From Hypanus sabinus (Eukaryota): DNA of 64,000 nt. Under the pieces are notes generated by a model, which searched no databases, had not been told where the DNA came from, and worked only from the letters and a program-made list of their open reading frames with translations. Below are positions 11,905 through 23,700 of the stretch, piece after piece. The stretch lies in NCBI RefSeq assembly GCF_030144855.1, contig NC_082722.1, positions 1,674,001-1,738,000 on the forward strand, written 5' to 3'. Every line of letters begins with the position of its first letter. Position 1 is the first letter of the stretch. The position numbers and the translations under genes were made by a program.

Positions 11905-14900
11905 GTACGTATTAATGTTATCTTAATGATTTCTCCTTTTTGTGTTGTTTTCCAAAACAGTAAGTAAATGCCAACGCTATCTTAAAGAGTTTGACATTGC
12001 AACTTTTTTAAAAACCGTGTCTCAGTTTCTTCCGATAATATTAAGGTAACCAGAGTATGTACTCTTCTGCAAATCTTGTTCGAGATACAGATATAATTTT
12101 TGTTCCGTTAGTTCCAGCAAAGGACGTTGTGCTCTGAAGACATTCGTTCGAGTGAGTTTCACAGTACAATTATTGCTCTGTCGCCAACTATATGTACATA
12201 TTTGCCCACGTAATATTTCACAAATATTCTTAGATAACGCTGAATTTACAAAGTGTTAAGAACTGAAATTCAACCAAAACTGTTAATTACATTGCTCAGT
12301 ACACATTATATTTGTTTTGCTGTAGCGTTTCAATCATCTCTTGCTTCTCCTCCTACGCCAGCTGCGATTTATGTTTTTGAATTATTGAAGATGAGAATTA
12401 AGCAGAGGTAATCTAAATCGTGCCGAGGTCCTAAATGTTTCAGATAAAGTTCCGAAGTGAAATATATTAGGTATATATTTTAAGATTGTCTGAAAAATAT
12501 CCTGCTGTCATTTTCAAACTGAATTAATTGGCACATCGAACATGGTTTGCACATAAAATAAATTGAAAAATGGACAAAATAGTCGTCTGTGAAGCTGCGT
12601 TGATGAAGAAATAGAAACTCGCTTGAGAAAGGAAAGTAGGTAAAAGTGCTGACACTGGCAGTTAAACATAAAGTTAATACAACATGAATATTGGTCACCA
12701 CTAATTATTATTAGCACTGTTCTTGTGGAAATGTAAAATTGCGTTATTCGGATGTTTGGCGATAAGAAGCAGAACCTGCTGTGCACACTTCATGTGCAGT
12801 ATCGCTCTGTTGTTTGAAAAAAAATACCCCATTGCCAAAAAGATCGTTGTTGTCAACAGCATGTGGTTATGTCAGATATACGACTTTTATTTGATTTAGT
12901 TGCAGAAGCTCAGATTAAGGTGTCGCAGTCTCCTCAGGTCAGCAATCGTGTCGTCGGTGAAAGCACAATGTTCTATTGCGGAGTGGGGTATTTGAAGGAA
13001 AACCCAGACGTTGAGGTTTACTGGTGGAAAGTTGGAGAAAAAGGATTTCTGCAGTCAGTTTATGACAGAAGAAAACTTTTTATACCGCTGGAAAGAGGAA
13101 AGGCCACATTTCAGCTGCTGAATATCAGCGTCAGTGACAGGGGATTATATTACTGCGGAGTGAAAAAACAGCTTGAACCAATGTCAAATGGAACCGGAAC
13201 AAAATTAGTTGTTCATGGTAGGTGTAATTTGAATGCGAATGTCTTCCATAAATATTTAAAATATCATTAAACAGTAATAGCACGTTATCTGTAGTAGTCT
13301 ACACAATTTTTATACTTCCAATCACCCCAGATTGGTATACTGCTTGTCTTCAGGAAATTTATATAATTTTTCTTTAACGGCAAAAACGATCTGAAATAAC
13401 GTTTCATGAAGTGGATGTAGTTGTGCACCTTTATTTCAGGAATTCTGATGTACTACGAATTGACTCTTTAAAACAGCTTGTGTTGAGTCTACTAGGGGAA
13501 AAGGCAATTCTAGATTGGCTGTTAAGCAAGGATCCAGATTTGATTAGAGAGCTTATAGTTAGAGAAAACATGTGGGTCAGTGATCATAATATGATGAAAT
13601 TTAACGTATTGTTTGAAAGAGAAGAAGCTAAACTCAGATGTTTCTATATTAGGGTTAAGGTTAGGATTAGGTTCAGGCTTATGTTTAACCGTAGCCCTAA
13701 CATTAACCCTAACCCTAATGCGTAGAGTAAAGGTAACTACAGAGACATGAGTGAGAAGCGGGACAAAATTGACTGAAAGTGGACACTAGCAGAACAGTAA
13801 TCGCTGGAGTTTCTGAGAACATTTTGCAAGAAGCAGGATATATACCACCTAAAGAAAAAGTATTCTAAAGGGAGGATGATTTAGCCATCTGGCAGGGGAA
13901 GTCAAGGACACTATAAATTCAACAGAGAAGGCCTATCAGTCTTCAACCATTAGTGGGAAATTGGACGATTGTGAAACAGAAAAGCAATAAGGTTTGAAAT
14001 GTGAAGGTTAACTAGCGAATGATACAAAAGATGTTAGAAGTTTGTTTCAGCTTATATAAACAGTAAAGCAGAGGCGAGAATGGATAGGGACACGGTAAAT
14101 AACTCTGGAGAGGTTGTTCTCGAGACAAAGAAATTGTGGACTAACTCAATAAATTTTTGTCATGTCAGTTTCACAGTGGAAGATACAGCAGTATTGCATA
14201 AATGGGAGAGTGTCGGGGGCAGAAGCGAGTGTAGTCACTACCACTATGGAGCAAACACGAGGAAATCTGCAGATGCTGGAAATTCAAACAACAACGCACA
14301 CAAAATGCTGGTGGAACACAGCAGGCCAGGCAGCATCTATAGGGAGAAGCACTGTCGACGTTTCGGGCCGAGACCCTTCGTCAGGAAGGATCTTCGCCTG
14401 GCCTGCTGTGTTCCACCAGCATTTTGTGTGTGTTGTACTATGGAGAATATGCTTGGGAAGCAGAAAGATCTGAAGCTAGAAAAATCACCTATAACAATGG
14501 AGTACAGCTCAGGATTCTGAAAGAAATTGCTAAAGGAATTTTGAAGGCATCAGTAGTGACCATTCAAGAATCAGTTCATCTCGAATGGTTCTGCAGGACG
14601 GGAAAACTGTAAATGTCACTCACTCAATAAGAACAGAATGAGGCAAAACCAAGAAGTTACAGGCAAATTACACTGAAATGGTTGGTAGGATTTTGGAAGT
14701 TAAGGTTAAGGTTGACGTTACAGGATACTTGGAAAGCCATGATAAAATAGGCTGAAGTCAGCATGGTTTCTTTAAGTTGAAAACTTGCCTGCCAACGCTG
14801 TTACGTGTCTCCGAGGAAATGAAGGACAGACAACGGAGAGTCAATGGATGGTGCTTACTTGTATTTACAGATTGCCTTTGGTAAAGTGCAGCACACGTGG

Positions 14901-17701
14901 TAGCTAAACAAGATAACAACACATGGTATTACAGGAAAAATGCCAGCATAGATAAAAGATTGTCTGACTGGCAGGAAGCAAATAGTGGGGATAAAAGTGG
15001 ACTTTCCTGGCTGCCTGCTGGTGGCTAGTGGTATTCCACAGGGGACGATGCAAAGATAGATGAAGGGGCAGGTGTTATTGAGGAGGCTGCAGAAGTCTTA
15101 GATTACAGCGACGGGCAAAAAGTTGCAGGTGGAGTACTGTATAGAACATAAAGCATAGAACATTGAAATTTACAGCACATTACAGGATCTTCGGCCCACA
15201 GGGTTGTGTCCAACATGTAACCTACTCTAGAAACTGCCTGGGATGTCCCTAGAGCACAGCCCTCTTATTTTTCTAAGCTCCATATACCTGTCTCAGAGTG
15301 TGTTAAAAGACGCTGCTGAATCCGCATCCATGAATTCACCACTCTATGTGGAAAACATATCCCATGTGCATAATTCCAAGCACCTTAAAACTATTTCCCC
15401 TCATGTTAGCCACTACAGTCCTGGGGGAAAAGCCTCTGGCTATCCACACGATCAATGCCCCTCATCATCCTATCATCACTCCTCATCATCACTCCTATCA
15501 GGTCACCTCGCATCCTCCGTCGCTCCAAAGAGAAAAGGCCAAGTTCACTCAACTTATTCTTATAAGGCATGTTCCCCAATCCAGACCAGGCAACATCCTT
15601 GTAAATTTCCTCTGCACTCTCCCTATAGTCTCCATCTCCTTCCCACACACTCATCATCCACAACTCTCCAGCTCAATAATTCAGGTTCCTGGGTATCTGA
15701 ATTTCACGGGTCTTCCTGAGAGCAGACCATGTGCTCTTCATTAAAAAAAGGCTCGGCTGAGGGGATCTATTTCCTGCGGATATTGGTAAAACTCCATCTT
15801 CCTACACTGCAATGCAATCCTACACTGCATTCGAGTCAGCCATTATTCTCTGGTTTAGTGCAGCGTCCTCTCACAATAGATGAAAAGTACTGCAAATTGC
15901 CAGGTCAGCAGGAAAGCTCATTGGCTGAAACCTCTCATCACCGCAGGGTTTGTATATATCCAGCAGGGGGAAAAATCAGATCCAAAACTTCAGGTGTTAC
16001 TCAATGCGTCATTAACAGTTTATAAAGCTGCATGACGCCTTCCAATTTCTGTACTCAATGTCCCGGTCCATCTGGTATTTGAGGGAGGGGTGTGGGGGTG
16101 GCTACAGCACAGGATGAAAAGAAGCTACAGAAAGTTGTAAAATTAGTCGGCTCTGTCATGGGTACCAGCCTCCATAGCATCCAAGACACCTTCACGGAGC
16201 GGTGTCTCAGGAAGGCGGCGTCGTTTATTAAGGACCTGCTGAAGGATCTCGGTCCGATACGTCGACTGTACTTTTTCCTGTAAATGCTGCCTGGCCTGCT
16301 GAGTTCCTCCAGCGTTTTGTGTGTGTTGCCTGAGTAAATCAATTCGAGTGTACATATATAGGGAAATGTAAGGTCATGTAGTTTGGTAGAAGAAATAAGG
16401 GCATGGAATGTTTTCTGATCAGTGATCAGATTCAGGGATCGGAGGTACAAACAGACTTGGGAGTACTCGTGCATGATCCCCTCAAGGTTAACTTGCATGT
16501 CGGGTCGGTGGGAAGAAAGGCAGAAGTAATGTTCGCATTTATTTCGAGAGGAATGGAATATTAAAAGAAAGAATGTAATGCGCGACTTTTTAAGATCGGG
16601 ATTGCCCCTTTATCTAAGAAAAGGTATCCGTATTTGAGAGGCCCTAGAACATGTTCACGAGAGTGTTCACAGAGATGAAAGGGTTAACATTTAAGTACGG
16701 TTTCATGGCTCTGGGCCTGTATTCACTGGAGTTTTCAAGAATGAAGGAAGAATCTTCCCGCCTTTTCCGTCTCACCTGTCAGTAGAAACAGTTCCACCGG
16801 GGTTAATTGCTAATCCGCACGTGACCGCCAGAAGCTGAACTTTGTTGTCATAGGCTATTTGAGACCCACGCCACTGGGAGCATTTCATCGGTACTGGGAG
16901 CTTATCCCCACGACTCTCCACCCACGCGGCTGTGACAAACTTTTGGTTGACATGTAACCGATTGATGATTTAGTGATGTGAATAACTGATACCTGCACGC
17001 TTGTGAAGGAAAAAAACTGATATTGCTTTTTTTATCTCTTGGGAAATTACGGGGATTTACATTATTGGTGATCTTAATCATTTTGAAACTTGTTTTGCTT
17101 TGTTCTGCAGTCCCGCCAAGTCCATTAAGTATAGCATACAATGAAACAGAAAACAATGGTTCCGCGACTGTCATTTTTGTATGTACAGCTGCCGAATTCT
17201 ACCCAGAAAACATCAATATTTCTTGGTACAAGAATGGTTTGATGATTAAGACCGGGATGCAATCAAAATTGCATTTAAGTGCAAATGGTCTGTATGTCGC
17301 TACCAGCATTTTGGAGGAGGCATCACCTGTCAAGAGCGGGACTACTTACACTTGCCTGGCAAACCACCGTACGGGACAAACGGCAACCGACATCAGGTTC
17401 ATCCCAGCGGGCACAGAGAGTACAACAGATATTCCAGGTAAACAAATTAATTCTACTAATCACAAATAGCATCCAGAAATAAATTCCGACAGATTATTTT
17501 AGTTACTTTCTACAGTGTCATGAGCGTGTTTATAAATCTGTGTTAAATTATAGCTGTGTCCCAGAACAGCGAAGCGGAATGTGCTTCAACACGTTAGTGG
17601 CAGAATTGATCTGGAAACTATTACCTAGAGAAGGGCAACGACGTGGAAAAAGAACAACAGTCTAAAATGATATTGGTGCAAACATCTCTCCACACATGGG
17701 G

Positions 17702-17766
<65 letters not shown>

Positions 17767-20700
17767 CGCGTGTGCGCGTGTCCGCGTGTCCGCGTGTGTG
17801 CGTGTGTGTGTGTGTGTGTGTGTAAAGCTAGGAAATTGACAGTAGCCCCCACGAAACTCAACGTATCTCACGAATCAAGATTCTGCATGATATTTGGTGA
17901 CTTTTTCCTCCAAGGTCCCGAGAGCAGAAACTGGAATATAGTCTATGGATTCGCAGGATGTGGATTCCCATTCCTGATTTTCATCACAATCGCATGTGTA
18001 ATAAAGTTAAAGAAACTTCGAGGTATGAATTCTTGAATTTGCTTCAGCTTCAGAGGTGTCTTCGTGATTTAATTGAAGTAAATACGACGAAATATATTAA
18101 TATGGTACAAGATTTAGACACAGCACTCGCACGTCGACATCACTAGCAAATGGACAGTGCAATATTGAATGTACGAAAACAAGTTGTAAGGGTGCTTTAG
18201 GAATCAAATAACATGATAGTTGTCTCAAGAGCTGCTGGTAACCGGATAGAGCAAATACTCTGGCAACATCCCACTTTAAAAATAGATTTCTTGCTTCAGA
18301 TTTAGTCGCACTTGCAGTTGTATATACTCCTTACACAATCCAGTTACAAATCAATAAGCATCATGTCTATCTTATCTGAATAGTTGTAAATTTCGATGGA
18401 AAGGCTGTTTGACACCAATTACCCTCAAATCATTTTGCAGTGTTTAAACTATGAATCTGGAAGATATATTTTCATAACACCATAACAAATAATAGCAGAA
18501 GTAGGCTATTGGAGCTATCCATAAAACAAGCATTGCAATTTTATTATCTCTCTCCACCTCATTCTCCTGCCTTCTCCCGGTAAATCTGGATGCCTGTCAC
18601 GACTTCGAGTTGTCGGTAGAGAACTCTGAAGCTCCGGCTTTTCTGTAAACCTCTTTCATCTAATGCCGAGCGTGTCGATGGGAACGCTGAGCCTTGTCGG
18701 GCTTCCTAGCGTTGTGCTATCTGGTCTTCGATTCGTTACCTTTCCTGTTTCCCACTGAAAGGTTGCATATATGATCTTCCTACTGTCGGTTAAGCCTCTG
18801 GCGTGGTCTACGGCGCTGCGAGTGAGAAATGCTCCCAAAAGTTCGACCATTGGCACGTTCACGAGTCCCATAATAAGGGTCTTCCATCACCCCTTCGTGC
18901 AAGGGGGTGGGGTGGGGAAGGCGGGTTGGCAGACTTCTCGGTGCGACGAGGGTTACAGAACGTGATCGAGTACTCGAATATTGTGAGTCAGACGCTGGCC
19001 CTTGAGAGGGGTGGAACTCTTCGTATTGTTCTGCAGCGATCTAAATGCAAAGCTCAAGAGCGAAGTGGAGGGCCTTAAGCTTGTGCAAGACCTTAATGGA
19101 CTCCCCGACGATATTCAAATGCCAGATGGTGCATCATGGCGAATTCACCAGATATGATTCCCATTATCCCCTTTCTTCAGCCACATTTTCTACTATCCAA
19201 GTACCTTACTGCAAGCTTCCCCATCAATACAATGCAATTGGGCAGAACCCGTCTCACCCCTGCTGAGCAGAACAGGAGGATGAGAGGCTTATTGGGAAGA
19301 AGTATTGCACTTGCAACCAACTTGTCCTGAGAGTTCGTGAAACTCGAAAAGCCATTTAGTAGAAGAATGTCTGTGATGATCCCAAATATATCCCTAATTC
19401 TACCAACTCTAGTGTATATATGCCAGGTTTATTACCTGGGCTACAAGTGACTAGCCCTTTGGTAAATTTATAGACTGCTGCTCAGCAGGTAGTTTTTTTA
19501 ATCAGGGGGTTTCCCGACAAGTGGCAGCCCCAAACTCCTGAGAGTCACCGCCCTTAATGGTAGACCGCATGATCCAGAAAAGTTGGTGTCATGTTCCAGT
19601 GACACACTCGCTTTCAGATACGGGGCCATTCTGGAATTCTTAGATTTCACATTTCACATTTCGAGCCCCAGCTATGGCGGAGAGGTTGGAGCGCGATGTA
19701 CCAGGCGAAAAGTTTGTGCCCCCAATTCATGGGATGTAGATTCCCAAGACAGACAAACTTTTGAAGGAATCATCAGGTTCCAGAAGGTGATGCTCATGGC
19801 CGATTATCTATCCTATCATAAACAAGAGAAAATTTACAGATGCTGAAAATCGAAGCAACACACAATAATGCTGGAGGAACTCAGCAGGCCAGGCAGCATC
19901 CACGGAGAAGAGTGCAGAGGACGTTTGGTGCCGAGATCCTTCAGCAGGACTGGTGAACCCTGCCTTGTCTGATGCGGTCACACTTCCAAGATAACAAGCC
20001 ATCCGGGTATCAAGTGGACTCTAGAGTTAATTAAAGATGATACTGGGTGCCCGGTTTATATAAGGATGTTTCGTGCAGGCTTCTGACATATGTACCCGTT
20101 ACCAAGATCCTATTTCTTCTCCTAAAGTCTTTCTTCCATTCCTTCACGTCCTTTGTCTCAGCTTTTTCTACATTTCAATAACTATCTGCTCCTATTAAAT
20201 GCGTTTTCCATTATTTTAGTTATGGTCGATAGGTTTTACTAAGCTTGCTAAGTCATCCCTCAAACCTACCTACCAAGAAACAGCAGAAGTTCCCAAACGC
20301 CAGGACTTTTGTATGCATGTTTTCCCCACTGATATTGTTTCTAAATTATGTCCTTAATTTACATCCACATTCTGAGATGTCATCCCTCATGTTTTAGCCT
20401 GAGAGTAATGGACAGACTAAGAGGGTAAGCCATGACCTAGTGCGAAAACGTCACTGCCTAGTATCCACTAATCTATCCTCTTGGGTGACCATTTAATCTG
20501 CGGGGAGTTCGCCCATCAATACACTTCAACATTCATCATTGTGTATGACGCATTTTGAATGTCAAATCGCGTTTCAGCCTCTTCTCGTCCCCGATCAGGA
20601 GGCAGAATTTGGTATCCCCTCAGCCTAACAATTGTTCGGAGCTGGAAAGAAAGGTGGCTCAAGGCCAAAAGGACCACGGCAGCGAGTTAATCCCGGCAAC

Positions 20701-23700
20701 GGGACAAGGCCAACGGAAAGAGTCAGCTGCTTCACTTTTTCTATATTGGTCAGCGGGTTTGGCTTTCAGTTAAATATCTTCCTCTCAATCTCGAACCTCG
20801 CAAAATTGCCCCTCGTTTTATCAGTCCCTTGTAAGTGCTTAGGGAAGGAAACCCGGTCACATACAAATTATGACTTTCCAGCTCTCTGAGAATACATTCC
20901 ACCATTCATGAATCTAAATTGAAACGTTACTTTGTCGCCCATTGGCCCCGATTCTTAAACCATTCCCTGACACCAAGAACCATAGACAGCGTAACTGTCT
21001 GCACAGTCTGCAGTCTGCTTCATTCACGGATATTAACGGCAGAACGACAATTCTTGGAAGACTGGGAGGGATATGATTCGCAGGGACGGTGTTGCGTTTC
21101 TTCCAGGAACATTTTGCATCCTGGCCTTATTTCATAATTCCATCGTTTGCATCCAGATTGTCGTTGGCTGTCAGGTGCCGGGGGTAGTGGGACGGGTTCA
21201 GTAACGACATCGGGTCGTCAGTAGATTATTCCGAGGTAGACATAGAAGCATAGAAAAGCTACAGCACAGTACAGGCCCTTCGGCCCACAATGTTGTGCCG
21301 AACTTATCCCTATCTTAGAATTATTAGGCTTACTAAGCTCCATAGAAGTCTTTTAAAAAACCCTATCTCATCCGCCTTCACCCTCGTTGCTGGCAGCCCA
21401 TTCCACGCACTCACCACTCTTTGAGTAAAAATTCTTAACCCTGACATCTCTTCTGTACCTACTCCCCAGCAGCTTAAACCTTGTTCTCTTGTGGCAATCA
21501 TTTCAGCCCTTGGAAAAAGCCTCTGACTATCCACACGATCAATGCCTGTCATCATCTTACACACCTCTATCAGGTCACCACTCATCTTACATCGTTCCAA
21601 GAAGAAAAGGCCGAGTTCCCGCAACCTATTCTCATGAGGCATGCTCTCCAATCCAGGCAACATCCTTGTAAATCTCTTCTGCACCCTTTCTATGCTTTCC
21701 ACATCCTTCCAGCAGTGAGGCGACCAGACCTGAGCACAGTACTCCAAGTGGGGTCTGAACAGGGTCCTTTATAACTGCTAACTCTCAGCTCTTGAATTCA
21801 ATGCCGTGATTAATGAAGGCCAATACACCGTACGCCTTCTTGACCACAGAGTAAACCTACGCGGCTGCTTTGAGTGTCCTATGGTATCGGACCTCAAGAT
21901 CCCTCTGATCTTCCACACTGCCAGGAGCCTTACCATTAATACTATATTCTGACATCATACTTAACGTACCAAAATGAATCACTTCACACTTATCTGGGTT
22001 GAATTCCATCTGCCACTTCTCAGCCCAGTTTTGCATCAGTGACCCGCTGTAACCTCTGACGCCCCTCCACACTAAGCACAATACCCCCAAACTTTGTGTC
22101 ATCAGCAAACTTACTAACCCATCCTTCCACTTCCTCATCCAGGTCATCTATAAAAATTACGGTCCCAGAACAGATCCCTAATGCACCCCGCTTGTGGCCG
22201 ACCTCCATGCAGAATATGATCCGTCTACAGACACTCTTTGCCTTCTGTGGGCAAGCCAGTTCTGGATCCACAAAGCAATGACCCCTTGGATCCCATGCCT
22301 CCTTAATTTGTCAATAAACCTTGCATTGGGTACCTTATCAAATACCTTGCTGATATCTATATACACTACATCTACTGCTCTTTCATCATTCTGTTTAGTT
22401 ACATCCTCAAAAAATCCAGTCAGGCTCAGAAGGCATGACCTGCCTTTGACAAAGCCATACTGACTACTCGTAATCATATAATATCTCTCTAAATGTTCAT
22501 AAATCCTGCCTCTCAGGATCTTCTCCATCAACTTAACAGCCACTGAGTTAAGACTCACTGGTCTATAATTTCCTGGGCTATCTTTACTCCCTTTCTTGTA
22601 AAAGGGACAACATTCGCAACTATCGAATCCTCGGGAACCTCTCCCGTCCCTATTGATGATGCAAAGATCTCCTCCCTCGCCTCGCATAGTAGCCGGCGGT
22701 GCGTGCCATCCGATCCCGGCAACTTATCCAACTTGATGCTTTCGGAAAGCTCCAGCACATCCTCTTTCTTAATATCTACATGCTCAAGCTTTAAAGTCTG
22801 CTGCAAGTCATCCCTACAATCACCAAGATCCTTCTCCATAGTGAATACCGAAGTAAAGTATTCATAAAGTATCTCTGCTATTTCCTCCGGTTCCATGCAC
22901 ACTTTCCAACTCTGAGTATTTCGCAGTTGTTTTTGTTTTGTGTGCTCTGCGTTTTATTAATTAGAGTTATCTGTATTGTTGCACATTGAGTGTTTTATGT
23001 GTTAATGGTAGGTCTCTGCAAGTTTACATTTAAGTTGCAATTGTTCTCGGTTGTCTGCAATTAATTGTCCGAGGCTTTGCATCTGTACAGTTACTTATCC
23101 TTGAACATTTGACTCTTATTAGAATGGTTACTTGCAAGCATTTCAGGTCACTGTGTGATCCTGTACTTGAGTTTAACGATGTAGCGTGACCGATACCCTT
23201 GCTAATCAAGAACCAACCAACCCCCGCTTTAAATACACACACTGACGACCTCCACAGCCATTGTGGCAATGAATTCCACAAATTCAGTATCATTTGCCTA
23301 AAGAAATTCCTCCTTATCTTTGTGCTGAAGGGACGATCTTCTACTTTGAGTCTGTATACTCTTGTCCGCGAGACCCCACTATAGGAAACATCCTCTGCAC
23401 GTCCGCTCTATGAAGGACTTTCAATATTCCATAACTTTCAATGAGATGACCGCCCCACGCCCATTCTCATTCTTATAAACGGCGGCTAGTACAGGCAAAT
23501 AAGTGCTTTTATAAGTTAACCATTTCATTCCCAGGATAATTTTCGTGAACATTATCTGTACCCTCTTCAATGACAGCACATGTTTTCTTAGATAAATTTC
23601 CCCAAACTGTTAATAATACTCCACGAACGGTATGAATAATGCCTTATAAAGATTCAGTATTATATATCTTCTTTGGTATTCTAGTCCTCGCGAAGTAAAT

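Larger units (their letters stand above)
13400..15130 (+). mobile_element. Old CR1 ORF2 fragments in intron 2 (carry the telomeric insert and palindromic copy B)
   Basis: [30 protein letters not shown] and later CR1 RT-type sequence. Confidence 0.75.

Noticed and set aside
14700-14715. ttaaggttaaggtt as a second telomeric insert
   Set aside because: Too short and degenerate within an old CR1.
12100-17110. Recombination signal sequences or separate J segments around the V exon
   Set aside because: V and J-like strand are in one exon; scattered CACAGTG heptamers (e.g. 14172) have no nonamer at 12 or 23 nt spacing.
17625-18036. His/Thr- and Cys/Val-repeat ORFs
   Set aside because: Translations of the (TG)n microsatellite; only 17915-18022 is a real exon.
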